DNA of 64,000 bases from Candidatus Omnitrophota bacterium (GTDB lineage Bacteria > Omnitrophota > Gorgyraeia > Zapsychrales > Fredricksoniimonadaceae): assembly GCA_016201795.1 (NCBI GenBank), contig JACQCF010000020.1, positions 5,651-69,650 on the forward strand, written 5' to 3'. The translations under genes and the position numbers were made by a program. Positions within the stretch are counted from its first letter, which is position 1. Every line of letters starts with the position of its first letter. This document shows positions 12,801 through 21,780 of this stretch, in pieces. The notes under the pieces are model-generated. The model was not told the DNA's origin. It worked only from the letters and a program-made list of their open reading frames with translations, and did not search any database.

Positions 12801-14283
12801 ACCTGCTAGTGCAGCGATGACGACTAATGTGCCACCAGAGCAGGAACGATTAAGGAGGATTGTGGGGAGTATTGCCGCACCGACGAAAGGTTTTTTGGCG
12901 GCGGATGGGACTACAGATACTATTGAAAAAGAAATAGTAAGAGCGATGGGTTTAAAGACACTGGATGAATTAAGGGCTCAGTTTAATGAAGGTCAGCGTT
13001 TTGCTTTGCGTGAGCAGGCGCGCAATGTGACTTTTACCTCGGCAGCATTGCCGTATACGGTGGGTGGTGTCATTGTTTATGATGAAGCGGCTAAATATAA
13101 GGATGCTCAAGGTCGGAATTTGATCGATGAGCACGTCATAAAAAGAGGAGTAGGAGTTATCCACAAAGCAGATCGTGGTCTAAAGCCCGATGAAACCAGT
13201 CCTTTGCCTAGCAGGGAAGGTCTTGATAGAGAGAAGCTTCCCAAAGACGCAGGGCTGGATGATTTAAACACTATTTTAGATGTATTCCCTAATTCAGTTG
13301 CGACCAAGTTCAGGGTAACATTTACTATCGATGGAGATAGCTTGCCCACTCAGGCAAATATAGAAGCGAATGCGAAAGCTTTAGCCCGACATGCGTATGA
13401 TACACAAAAGTCCGGTAGAGCGCCAACAATCGAGCCCGAAATATTGATTAACGGAGACCACAGTATCGATAAGAGTAATGAAGTCATGATTCGTGTACTC
13501 AAGGGGATTTTTAAGGCATTAAAGGAAAAAGGGGTATGGCTGCCCGGAGTTGTCCTTAAGACAAGTATGGTTTTATCAGGGAAAACCGCACAGAATCGAG
13601 CTGATTACAAAGAAGTGGCAAGACAGACGGTCGATGTGCTTAAAAAGACGGTTCCTGCTGAATTGGGAGCGATTGTATTTTTATCTGGTGGGCAGTCAAC
13701 AGAAGAGGCATTGGGGAATTTAAATGCCATTGCCCAGGAAGCCAGAACACAGAAAGCTCCATGGCGGTTAACGTATTCTTATTCTCGTGCCCTCAAACAG
13801 CCAGCATTAAAGGTATGGGCTGGGAAGGCAGAAAATATTCCTGCTGCCCAGAAGGTGTTTAATCAGACTCTTTATAGAGCGCAGGCAGCTAGCTTAGGAG
13901 TGTTAGAAGAATTTGATGCGTTGATGGCCAAGATTGGTATCGATGCTCTTTTGGCAGGACAAGATGAGTATAACAAAATGTTAGCGGCCAATGCTCAAGC
14001 TTATAATTTGGGGGAGTTGGTGAAGAATTTTGATGCGGCACAGGTAACTTCAGCTACAGCTATCCAACGCCAGGGTGGTATCGACCTGCGTCCTGATTTG
14101 TTTGACCTGCAAATCAAACGTGATGACAAAGGTATACCTTTACCTGTCAGTCAACAGCCCATTGGCAGCATGAAGATTCAAGGTTTTATGCCTGTAACCA
14201 TTGATTTTAAACCAGTTAATTTACCTTTATTATTGGGTGCCGCTAATAATCAGGAGGATAAGCAGCAGCTAACATTTAAATAA
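9808..14283 (+). CDS. Large exported multidomain protein: Omnitrophota-type N-terminal domain, GlpX-like FBPase class II domain, class I fructose-bisphosphate aldolase domain, GGIDL C-terminal motif
   Basis: Signal peptide ending ASA-Q; GlpX-like motifs NEGSFRDE, GDSVEVT, LNRPKHD, DGD, TGGANE; aldolase motifs KGFLAADG, IEPEILINGDH, LKTSMV, VFLSGGQS, TYSYSRAL. Confidence 0.85.
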   Translation: MFFHNRIVCRFKRCISSLALLSFLLGSCVLPNRASAQMFTYGNLPAPGSMLNSSAHFVPVMIKGLKIYGDDPLKFDFILDSGNAKVSEADFQNEGIKLAKYFLAGLTVPEKDLWVNLSPYEKDRIVPESFGQTLLGRDLLAQDYILKQLSSSLIHPNKDLGKTFWNQVYTKAKQLYGTTNIPVNTFNKVWIVPDKANVWENNGMAFVTSSHLKVLSEEDYLSLSKNIDNQKFGMNQISQNDVKAISRASADVVRQLLLPAIEKEVNEGENFANLRQIYNAMILAVWYKQALKDSLLSKVYVNQNKTTGVDDQDKQSKLKIYHQYLAAFKKGVFNFIKEEPDENNTVIPRKYFSGGADWAMIAQVEQVERGPLTGLSPTEQATVVGNVGRTRLFTWGAGVIGGKRVDDAMVVSSAEEAVYTQLTETQIPAVFGVDFAPHGFKSDQFWVAEVDPTQGKLIKPSSINLFKNTSTLVGVNVAILQAIAAAGYSGLLEHILGKVSKDFGKEIDAVAVKVGRESLEILAKKLDVVIVVGGNEGSFRDESKDMPLGLIMNPTGKNGTFMYFGDSVEVTNGVKLKIGKPGTYSMVTLVPLMMPSTDGYRISLAVDKFNLNKPFPKIDPVITNANSLRHVLEQLAEYMEAADADAFIKQMVSQYIVVTLNRPKHDQLKAQAKELGFSVLDREDGDPLLFIRAMLGIPGKDGKKLLAISTGGANEHIMSMVFAALYGKALMTTTYAATKTLKAVDKEYAPGGAQSGQGNLEKARNYSADDLKNYSDVNTALDKIRHAGFDVPQAPVTSEQLKAQLLTPTSEELSMLKEGKIPSSLVIASITGSNKLDWGVLQPYIQPVRWVESSDGSGKVIVSGFLINNEGKVNFFRASLKTDDVIKSRYSIVAHNDLLPNPLVAQYEKTRTAYMTMLYAGEIDVDIIGNHVKNIHSLLKNEETAQDSLKTLDDAFAAVQRDIRLEAEVVRAVREVERYILGNPSVQMEDGTMHAVVQPASAAMTTNVPPEQERLRRIVGSIAAPTKGFLAADGTTDTIEKEIVRAMGLKTLDELRAQFNEGQRFALREQARNVTFTSAALPYTVGGVIVYDEAAKYKDAQGRNLIDEHVIKRGVGVIHKADRGLKPDETSPLPSREGLDREKLPKDAGLDDLNTILDVFPNSVATKFRVTFTIDGDSLPTQANIEANAKALARHAYDTQKSGRAPTIEPEILINGDHSIDKSNEVMIRVLKGIFKALKEKGVWLPGVVLKTSMVLSGKTAQNRADYKEVARQTVDVLKKTVPAELGAIVFLSGGQSTEEALGNLNAIAQEARTQKAPWRLTYSYSRALKQPALKVWAGKAENIPAAQKVFNQTLYRAQAASLGVLEEFDALMAKIGIDALLAGQDEYNKMLAANAQAYNLGELVKNFDAAQVTSATAIQRQGGIDLRPDLFDLQIKRDDKGIPLPVSQQPIGSMKIQGFMPVTIDFKPVNLPLLLGAANNQEDKQQLTFK

Positions 14284-14312
14284 GTTTTAATCATAATTTA
14301 GTAAAAAACTCT

Positions 14313-14357
14313 AAAAGCCTTCACTGTCCCGCCTCGGCGGGATAGCGAGGGTTTTTT
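14313..14357 (+). terminator. Rho-independent terminator containing a TCCCGCC-NN-GGCGGGA core
   Basis: aaaagccttcactgtcccgcc-tc-ggcgggatagcgagggtttttt stem with T tract, 30 bp after the stop at 14283. Confidence 0.75.
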
Positions 14358-14375
14358 ATTTACAAATTTTGTTTA

Positions 14376-14404
14376 TTGACAATGGAGGGGTGTTTGCTTA
14401 TACT
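14376..14404 (+). promoter_or_regulatory. Sigma70-type promoter of the dcw operon
   Basis: TTGACA(14376-14381)-17 bp-TATACT(14399-14404). Confidence 0.85.
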
Positions 14405-14410
14405 GCCTTC

Positions 14411-14440
14411 AAGTGGAGCAAAGTGGAGCAGGGTGGTTTA
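14411..14440 (+). promoter_or_regulatory. MraZ operator: three GTGG boxes at 10-bp spacing
   Basis: aaGTGGagca-aaGTGGagca-ggGTGGttta directly upstream of mraZ, matching known MraZ direct-repeat boxes. Confidence 0.8.
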
Positions 14441-14444
14441 AACT

Positions 14445-14885
14445 ATGTTTTACGGCGAATACAATCATGGCATTGACAATAAAGGCCGGCTGATTTTGCC
14501 TTCGCGGTTTCGCGAGGTGGCCAAAGAGCACGGCATTGAGAAGTTTTTTGTCACCCGCGGCCTAGACCGCTGCATTTTTATGTTCAGCGACCAGCAGTGG
14601 CAGCTGGAAGAGCAGAGGTTTAAGAATTTGTCGTTTACCAAGCAGGAAGCGCGGCATTTTAACCGTTTGTTTTTCTCCGGTGCCGTCGAAGTTGTTCCCG
14701 ATAAACAGGGGCGGTTCATTATTCCGCAGTATTTGAAAGATTTTGCCGGCATTAAAAAAGATGCCGTTGTCATCGGCCTTTCTAACCGTATTGAGATTTG
14801 GCAGACGCAGAGCTGGCAAGAGTTCTTTTCCAAAACCAGCGTTGACTTTGAGAAGACCGCGGAAAATATGATGAATTTGAGTTAG
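14445..14885 (+). CDS. mraZ: Transcriptional regulator MraZ
   Basis: MFYGEY, two D-x-x-GR repeats (DNKGR, DKQGR), RIEIW. Confidence 0.97.
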   Translation: MFYGEYNHGIDNKGRLILPSRFREVAKEHGIEKFFVTRGLDRCIFMFSDQQWQLEEQRFKNLSFTKQEARHFNRLFFSGAVEVVPDKQGRFIIPQYLKDFAGIKKDAVVIGLSNRIEIWQTQSWQEFFSKTSVDFEKTAENMMNLS

Positions 14886-15787
14886 TGGCCATGGACCAGA
14901 GAGCGCATATTTCAGTCATGCCCCAACAAGTCATGTATTGGCTGAATGTCCAAAGCGGCGCTGTCATCGTCGATGGTACCTTGGGTTTAGCCGGGCACGC
15001 CGCTTTAATAGCCCGGGCCTTAGGAACAGACGGGCATTTGATTGGTATTGACCGCGACAGCTCTTCTTTAACCGAAGCTAAGAGGCGTTTGGCGTCTTTT
15101 TCTTTAAGGATTGATTTGTTGCAGGCCTCCTTTGGTGACGTCAAGCGAATCTTAGCTGAGGTTAAAGTTAGGGCCCTCAACGGGGTTTTGTTGGATCTTG
15201 GTCTATCCAGCTTTCAGTTGGACGACGAACAACGCGGATTTAGTTTTCTTAAAGACGGGCCGCTAGATATGCGCATGGATCAGACACAAGGAGTCACGGC
15301 CGCGGATTTGGTCAATACGCTTAAAGAGGACGAGCTGGCGCGGATCATTGAAGAATTTGGCGAGGACCGTTTTGCCCGGCGCATTGCCAGGGCCATCGTC
15401 CGGCGGCGTACTCAGGAAAAAATTGTTACCACAGGCCAGTTAGCGAAGGTTGCTTTAAGCGCCTTGCCGGCGGGTTACAGCCGCGGGCGCATTCATCCGG
15501 CGACGCGCACGTTTCAGGCCTTGCGTATGGCGGTTAATCGGGAACTGGAAACTTTAAAAGCAGCGCTGGCAGGCTGGTTTGAGGTGTTAAAACCTTCGGG
15601 AAGAATGGTGGTGATTTCATTTCATTCGCTCGAGGACCGTATCGTCAAAAATAGTTTTAAGGAATTGGCCCAACAGGGCCGGGGAAAAATTCTGACGAAG
15701 AAACCGGTGGAACCTTCGCAGGAAGAATGTGAACTTAATCCCCGGGCCCGAAGCGCCAAACTAAGAGCGGTGGAAAGGGTTATATGA
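14885..15787 (+). CDS. rsmH: 16S rRNA m4C1402 methyltransferase
   Basis: VDGTLGLAGHA, LDLGLSSFQLD, PLDMRMD, HPATRTFQALR, SFHSLEDR, NPRARSAKLR. Confidence 0.98.
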   Translation: MAMDQRAHISVMPQQVMYWLNVQSGAVIVDGTLGLAGHAALIARALGTDGHLIGIDRDSSSLTEAKRRLASFSLRIDLLQASFGDVKRILAEVKVRALNGVLLDLGLSSFQLDDEQRGFSFLKDGPLDMRMDQTQGVTAADLVNTLKEDELARIIEEFGEDRFARRIARAIVRRRTQEKIVTTGQLAKVALSALPAGYSRGRIHPATRTFQALRMAVNRELETLKAALAGWFEVLKPSGRMVVISFHSLEDRIVKNSFKELAQQGRGKILTKKPVEPSQEECELNPRARSAKLRAVERVI

Positions 15788-16167
15788 GTTTAAAAGTCTG
15801 GGTTAAGTTTATGTCTTTTGTGACCGTTACGGCCCTTATTTACATTCATATGCAGATGCAGATTTTTGACTTGGCTTATCAGGGCAAGGACAGAGAAGGG
15901 CGTACGCACGAATTAAGAGACCGCAGCGGTCTTTTAACCCATCAAGTCCTCACCTTAAAGTCCGCCAATCATCTGGGTAATCAGCTGTTAGAAAAAAACA
16001 GCAGCTTACAATTTATGGGTCATGATCGCGTCATGACATTAACAGGACCGAGCTCGATCGTCAGTCAGCTGCCAGCGTCCGTTAAAGGTAAGAATGAAAA
16101 TTTTTTACTGTGGAACCTTTTGTCTTTCTTAAGCCCCCAGGAGGCCAAAGCCTGGGACCGTCAATAA
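15784..16167 (+). CDS. FtsL-like cell division protein
   Basis: Position between rsmH and the PBP gene; N-terminal TM segment followed by a coiled coil; weak sequence signal. Confidence 0.55.
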   Translation: MSLKVWVKFMSFVTVTALIYIHMQMQIFDLAYQGKDREGRTHELRDRSGLLTHQVLTLKSANHLGNQLLEKNSSLQFMGHDRVMTLTGPSSIVSQLPASVKGKNENFLLWNLLSFLSPQEAKAWDRQ

Positions 16168-16180
16168 ATCGAGGCAGGAA

Positions 16181-17890
16181 TTGTTTCTTAGAAAATACCC
16201 CTCTCGTTTAGCCATTGTTTTTGTGGTTTTGCTAGCGGGGTTTTTGTACTCCATTACTTTTCTTCTTTACATTCAAATTTTCCGCTCTTCGTATTTAGCC
16301 CATTTAGCCCAGAAACAGCATGAACATTTAATCACCATCGACCCTAAACGCGGCACCATTTATGACCGTAACTTAAGGCCGCTGGCGATGAACCTGCCGG
16401 TTTATTCCGTTTGCGCCAACGCCCGCGTTCTTGCCCAGCGCCATGATAAAGCTGACGTGATTGCTCAATTGGCCAAGGTATTAAACATTCCTTCCTCGGA
16501 CATTGCCGCCAAGATCGACAAGAATAAATTTTTTGTTTGGATTGAGCGTAAAATTCCTCAGGACGTTTATCAGAAATTAAAAGATTTAAAACTGGCTGGC
16601 ATAGGTTTTATTAAGGAAAGCAAAAGATTTTATCCCAACCAGACCTTAGCCGCCCATCTGGTGGGTTTTGCCGGTGTGGATAATAACGGCCTGGATGGCC
16701 TGGAGCGGGATTATGACAAATATTTAAAAGGTAAAGAAGGCCGCTCGATGATTTTACGGGACGCTCACCAGAGGGAGTTGTTGTTAGAAAAAGATTATAT
16801 CGCGCCGGTGGATGGCCTGGATGTGGTTTTAACGATTGATGAAACCATTCAATTCATTGCGGAGCGGGCACTCGATAAAATGTATCACAAATATAATGCC
16901 AAAGGGGCGAGCATCATTGTGATGGATCCTAAAACTGGTGAAATCCTCGCTTTTGCCAACCGTCCGACGTATAATTTAGAAGATGCTTCTAAGAGTTCGC
17001 CGGAGTCCCGTACCAATCGCGCCATTGTCTTTACTTATGAACCGGGATCGGTGTTTAAGATTGTCACGACCTGTGCGGCATTGCAGGAGGGGGTTGTTAA
17101 AGAAACCGATATGATCAATTGCGAGCACGGCGCCTATCGGGTGGCCAATCACATTTTGCATGACCATGAACCCTTGGGCACTATCACATTTAGACAGGTC
17201 ATTGAGCTCTCGAGCAATATCGGCACCACCAAAGTTGCTCAACGTTTAGGGCCCCAAAGGGTGTATAATTATGCGCATCATTTTCGTTTTGGTATGCGCA
17301 CCGGCATTGATCTTCCTGGAGAGGCCAAAGGCAATTTAAAACCGGTGCGTCTGTGGTCTAAAACATCCATTGGCGCGGTACCCATCGGCCAGGAAGTGAC
17401 AGTGACTCCCATTCAGCTGTTGGGGGCCATTGCGGCCATTGCCAATGACGGCGTTTATATGCGGCCCTTTGTGGTTAAATATATTAAAGACAGCCATGAT
17501 CAAATGATCAAAGAGACTAAACCGCAGATTTTGGATAAAGTGATCTCTTCCCAAACCGCGGCGCGTGTCAAAGCTATTTTACGGGGAGTTGTTGAGATCG
17601 GAACGGGCAAAAAAGCGCAGATTAAAGGTGTTAGCGTCGGTGGTAAAACCGGGACAGCTCAAAAGGTTGTCGCTGGCACCTACTCGCATGCGCATTTTTA
17701 TGCGACGTTTGTGGGATTTGCGCCGGTGGAAAACCCAAGGCTGGTGGCCGTGGTGGTGTGTGATGAGCCTCATCCGGCCTATTATGGCGGAACAGTGGCT
17801 GCTCCCGTCTTTAGTGAAGTGATAGGAGATGCTTTAAAATATCTCGATGCCCGACAAATGGCAGGCGCTGTTAGTGATGATCAAGGATAA
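16181..17890 (+). CDS. ftsI: Class B penicillin-binding protein (FtsI/PBP3)
   Basis: RGTIYDRN, EPGSVFK (SxxK), SSN, KTGTAQK. Confidence 0.93.
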   Translation: MFLRKYPSRLAIVFVVLLAGFLYSITFLLYIQIFRSSYLAHLAQKQHEHLITIDPKRGTIYDRNLRPLAMNLPVYSVCANARVLAQRHDKADVIAQLAKVLNIPSSDIAAKIDKNKFFVWIERKIPQDVYQKLKDLKLAGIGFIKESKRFYPNQTLAAHLVGFAGVDNNGLDGLERDYDKYLKGKEGRSMILRDAHQRELLLEKDYIAPVDGLDVVLTIDETIQFIAERALDKMYHKYNAKGASIIVMDPKTGEILAFANRPTYNLEDASKSSPESRTNRAIVFTYEPGSVFKIVTTCAALQEGVVKETDMINCEHGAYRVANHILHDHEPLGTITFRQVIELSSNIGTTKVAQRLGPQRVYNYAHHFRFGMRTGIDLPGEAKGNLKPVRLWSKTSIGAVPIGQEVTVTPIQLLGAIAAIANDGVYMRPFVVKYIKDSHDQMIKETKPQILDKVISSQTAARVKAILRGVVEIGTGKKAQIKGVSVGGKTGTAQKVVAGTYSHAHFYATFVGFAPVENPRLVAVVVCDEPHPAYYGGTVAAPVFSEVIGDALKYLDARQMAGAVSDDQG

Positions 17891-17893
17891 ACC

Positions 17894-19366
17894 ATGATCT
17901 TGAAGGATTTGTTAAAAGATATTTATTTGAAACCTTTACCTCGGGCGTGTGAAGGTCTTGTGATTGAAACGATTAGCTGCGACTCCCGTTTAAGGCAGCC
18001 TCAAGGATTGTTTGTGGCTTTGGATGGCTTTCAGTTTAAAGGAGAGGATTTTATTCAACAGGCGATCGTGCAGGGGGCCGTGGTGGTCGCTAAAAAAGGA
18101 TCCAGCAGAACTTTGTCAAATTACACTATAGCTGATTCCGTTTGTCTTTTAGACGTGGAGGATCCAAAATTATTTTTGCGGCAAATCACTTTGCGTTTTT
18201 TTGATTCCCCTTCCCGCAAAGTGAGAACGATCGGAGTGACGGGTACCAACGGCAAAACCACGATCACTTATCTTTTAGAAAGCATTCTTCAAGCCAAATC
18301 CAAAGCCTGCGCCGTCATCGGCACGGTCAATTACCGCTTGGCCGGCCAAACGTTGCCGTCGAAAAATACCACCCCCGGCTTTTTAGAGAATCAAAGTTAT
18401 CTGGCTCATTTGGCTTCTTTAAAAATTCCTTATTGTGTCATGGAAGTTTCCTCGCATGCGCTTAAGCAAGGCCGTGTGGATGGGATTGATTTTGCCTGCG
18501 CCATTTTTACTAATCTGACCCAGGACCATTTGGATTATCATAAAGACATGGAGAGTTATTTTAAGGCTAAGGCGATTTTGTTTGAAAATCTGAGCGACTA
18601 CACCTCAGTGGTTATTAATCAGGACGATCCTTATGGGGGGCGCCTGATGCGTTTGTTTAAAGGAGAGGTTATCACGTATGGTATAAAAACTGCCTCGGAT
18701 GTGAAAGCTGTCGGGATTAAGTCTTCCTTAAATGGTACTCAAATGGATATTGTTTTTCCGACGGGAAAGATGGCCATTAATACGCGTTTTATCGGTGAGC
18801 ATAATGTGTATAATATTTTAGCTGCCTGTGCGTGCGCCTGGAGGGAGGGTATTGATCTGGATAGAATCCGTCAAGGGGTGGAGGCCTTATCCTGTGTACC
18901 CGGACGGCTTGAGCCGGTGGATGCAGGCCAGGATTATTTTGTGTTTATCGATTATGCCCACACCGAAGATGGTTTGGTTAACGTGCTTAAAAGCTTAAGG
19001 ACGGTTAGCCGCAATAAAATCATTTTAGTTTTTGGCTGTGGGGGTGACCGTGACCGTGGCAAGAGGCCTCAAATGGGACGGGCCGCCTGCACACTAGCGG
19101 ATTATGCCATTGTCACCAGCGACAATCCACGCAGTGAAGACCCGATGGCCATCATCGACGAGATCAAGGCGGGATTCACGCGGCCTAACTATGAGGTCAT
19201 CGTTGACCGTAAAAAAGCTATTGCCCGCGCGCTTGAAATGGCTGGAGCCGGACAAATTGTTCTTATTGCCGGTAAAGGTCATGAAGATTGTCAGATTTTG
19301 AAAGATCGCACCATCGAATTTAATGAACGTAAGATCATACAAGAATTATTGAAGACGGCATCTTAA
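17894..19366 (+). CDS. murE: UDP-MurNAc-tripeptide ligase (meso-DAP type)
   Basis: GVTGTNGKTT, MEVSSH, DHLDYH, DYAHT, DNPR (meso-DAP specificity), AGKGHE. Confidence 0.97.
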   Translation: MILKDLLKDIYLKPLPRACEGLVIETISCDSRLRQPQGLFVALDGFQFKGEDFIQQAIVQGAVVVAKKGSSRTLSNYTIADSVCLLDVEDPKLFLRQITLRFFDSPSRKVRTIGVTGTNGKTTITYLLESILQAKSKACAVIGTVNYRLAGQTLPSKNTTPGFLENQSYLAHLASLKIPYCVMEVSSHALKQGRVDGIDFACAIFTNLTQDHLDYHKDMESYFKAKAILFENLSDYTSVVINQDDPYGGRLMRLFKGEVITYGIKTASDVKAVGIKSSLNGTQMDIVFPTGKMAINTRFIGEHNVYNILAACACAWREGIDLDRIRQGVEALSCVPGRLEPVDAGQDYFVFIDYAHTEDGLVNVLKSLRTVSRNKIILVFGCGGDRDRGKRPQMGRAACTLADYAIVTSDNPRSEDPMAIIDEIKAGFTRPNYEVIVDRKKAIARALEMAGAGQIVLIAGKGHEDCQILKDRTIEFNERKIIQELLKTAS

Positions 19367-19369
19367 ATA

Positions 19370-20680
19370 ATGTTTACCATTGATGAGCTTATCAAAGCAA
19401 CCCAGGGACGCTTAGTTCAAGGACCGGCCAAGGGTTCTGTAAGGTCTGCGTGTATTGACTCCCGCCTTATTAAGAAAGACCAGCTGTTTATTGCCATCAA
19501 AGGAGATATTTTTGACGGTCATGATTTTATCACGGATGTCGTCGCTAAAGGCGTGCGTGTTTTATTGGTCCATAAGCCCGTTGCTATGACAAACCCCGGG
19601 GTTAGTGTCATTGCGGTTCATGATACGACTCGCGCTTTGGGGCATCTGGCCCGTTTTCATCGTCTGCGTTTTAAAGTGCCGGTGATCGCTTTGACCGGCA
19701 GCGCGGGTAAGACGACCACCAAAGAGATGATTACCGGTGTGCTCAACAAGAAATACCGCGTGTTAAAGAATGAAGGCACACAGAACAACCATATCGGCGT
19801 GCCCATGACGCTTTTGCGGTTGAGGCCTTCGCATGAAATTGTTGTTTTAGAATGCGGCACGAATCAGCCCGGAGATATTGCGTGGCTGGCGGATATTACG
19901 CGGCCAACGGTAGTTTTATTTACTAATATCGGTGAATCACATTTGGAAAAGCTTAAAAATAAGCAGGGCGTTCTTAGAGAAAAATGGAATTTGACTAAAT
20001 TTATGGATCGAAAGGGAGCGGTTATTTTTAATCAGGATGATCCTTTATTAAGAAAAACGGTTGAGCGTTTTGATGGACGCCTCATCGCTTTTAGCCTGCA
20101 CAATAAAATCAAGCAGAAGCTGCCTTTTAGATTCTCGAGTTCAAATCGTTGTTCCAATGCATTAGCCGCCTATGTTTGCGGACGATTATTTCATGTTCCT
20201 CATATCGACATTTATAAGACTTTAGATAGTTTCAAATTTCCCTCAGGCCGGGAAGAAGTGATCCATCTTAAAGACCGTTGGCTTATCAATGATACGTATA
20301 ACGCCAACCCTGTGTCTATGCGCTCGGCGATAGAAATGCTCAATGATTTTGCCACCCCCCATCAACGCATCATGGTGGCGGCGGATATGCTGGAGCTAGG
20401 ATCTCAATCCAGGAAATTGCATGAATCCATCGGCAGTGTCATTGCTCAATCAAAGATTAATGTATTAATTACCGTCGGTCATCTGGCCCGGCACATGGCT
20501 TTACAAGTAAAGAAAGAAGCCAGGCAGCTCTTAGTTTTTACATATAATGATATTGAATCTGCGGCTAAAGAACTCATCAAAATATTCGTACCAGGGGACG
20601 TAGTTCTCATTAAAGGTTCCCGCGACATGAGGATGGAACGTTTGGTCGAACACCTTAAACATTCAAATCATTCAAATTAA
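19370..20680 (+). CDS. murF: UDP-MurNAc-pentapeptide ligase
   Basis: TGSAGKTTTKE, NNHIGVP, NDTYNANP, DMLELG, KGSR. Confidence 0.96.
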   Translation: MFTIDELIKATQGRLVQGPAKGSVRSACIDSRLIKKDQLFIAIKGDIFDGHDFITDVVAKGVRVLLVHKPVAMTNPGVSVIAVHDTTRALGHLARFHRLRFKVPVIALTGSAGKTTTKEMITGVLNKKYRVLKNEGTQNNHIGVPMTLLRLRPSHEIVVLECGTNQPGDIAWLADITRPTVVLFTNIGESHLEKLKNKQGVLREKWNLTKFMDRKGAVIFNQDDPLLRKTVERFDGRLIAFSLHNKIKQKLPFRFSSSNRCSNALAAYVCGRLFHVPHIDIYKTLDSFKFPSGREEVIHLKDRWLINDTYNANPVSMRSAIEMLNDFATPHQRIMVAADMLELGSQSRKLHESIGSVIAQSKINVLITVGHLARHMALQVKKEARQLLVFTYNDIESAAKELIKIFVPGDVVLIKGSRDMRMERLVEHLKHSNHSN

Positions 20681-20690
20681 GGGATAGGAC

Positions 20691-21779
20691 ATGTTTTATT
20701 TTTTTTCGGATTTTTCTTATGTGTGGCCGTTCTTAAATATTTTCCGTTACATCACCTTTCGCGCCGGCATGGCGGGTTTCACGGCTTTTATTCTCTGCGT
20801 GATTTTTGGTCCTGTTTTTATCCGTGCCTTCAAACAGCGCAGCATCCAGGAAATCGCCAAACGCAAAGACGCCCCGGGATTGGATTCATTTCAAACCGAC
20901 AAGGAAGGAACGCCGACGATGGGAGGAGTATTTATCGTTGGAAGTATTTTAGTTTCCGTGCTGTTATGGGGCAATTTAACTAATTCTTTTCTTCTCATGA
21001 CATTTTTTATATGTTTGTGTTTGGCGATTTTAGGCGGGGTGGATGATTATGTGAAACTCAAAGGTATCGGCAAGCACCGTGGGATCAGAGGTAGGGTAAA
21101 ATCTCTCTGGCAGATCCTTATCGCTTTATTGGTGGCGGTATTTTCCTACCTGCATCCGGATATCACCACCTGTTTGGATGTGCCGTTTTTTAAGAATTTA
21201 ATCATTGATTTGGGCGCGTTTTTTGTATTTTGGGTGGTCTTGGTGGTGGTCAGTGCCTCCAATGCCGTGAATCTGACCGACGGGCTCGATGGCCTGGCCA
21301 TCGGCTGCGTGTTGATGGTCGCTTTTACGTTGGGGACTTTAAGTTATGTGACCGGTAATGTCGCCATGAGCGATTATCTTCTCATTCCTCATGTTCCCGG
21401 CGCCGGTGAGCTGACTGTTTTTTGCGCGGCGATGATGGGGGCTTCCTTGGGGTTTTTGTGGTTTAATTGCCATCCGGCTACCATCTTTATGGGGGATGTA
21501 GGGTCTCTAGCTTTGGGCGGCAGTTTGGGCATGATTGCTATTTTTATCAAGAAGGAATTGTGGTTGATTGTTTTGGGTGGGGTTTTTGTCGCAGAAGCCG
21601 GTTCGGTGATTCTTCAGGTTCTTTCTTTTAAATTGACAGGCAAACGTATTTTTAAAATGTCGCCGTTTCATCATCATTTACAATTATCTGGCTGGAATGA
21701 AAACAAGATCATCGTGCGGTTTTGGATTGTCGCTATTATTTTGGCCATGCTCACGTTGACGACATTAAAAATTCGCTAA
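20691..21779 (+). CDS. mraY: Phospho-MurNAc-pentapeptide transferase
   Basis: KEGTPTMGG, DDYVK, NAVNLTDGLDGL, FMGDVGS, PFHHH. Confidence 0.98.
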   Translation: MFYFFSDFSYVWPFLNIFRYITFRAGMAGFTAFILCVIFGPVFIRAFKQRSIQEIAKRKDAPGLDSFQTDKEGTPTMGGVFIVGSILVSVLLWGNLTNSFLLMTFFICLCLAILGGVDDYVKLKGIGKHRGIRGRVKSLWQILIALLVAVFSYLHPDITTCLDVPFFKNLIIDLGAFFVFWVVLVVVSASNAVNLTDGLDGLAIGCVLMVAFTLGTLSYVTGNVAMSDYLLIPHVPGAGELTVFCAAMMGASLGFLWFNCHPATIFMGDVGSLALGGSLGMIAIFIKKELWLIVLGGVFVAEAGSVILQVLSFKLTGKRIFKMSPFHHHLQLSGWNENKIIVRFWIVAIILAMLTLTTLKIR

Positions 21780-21780
21780 T

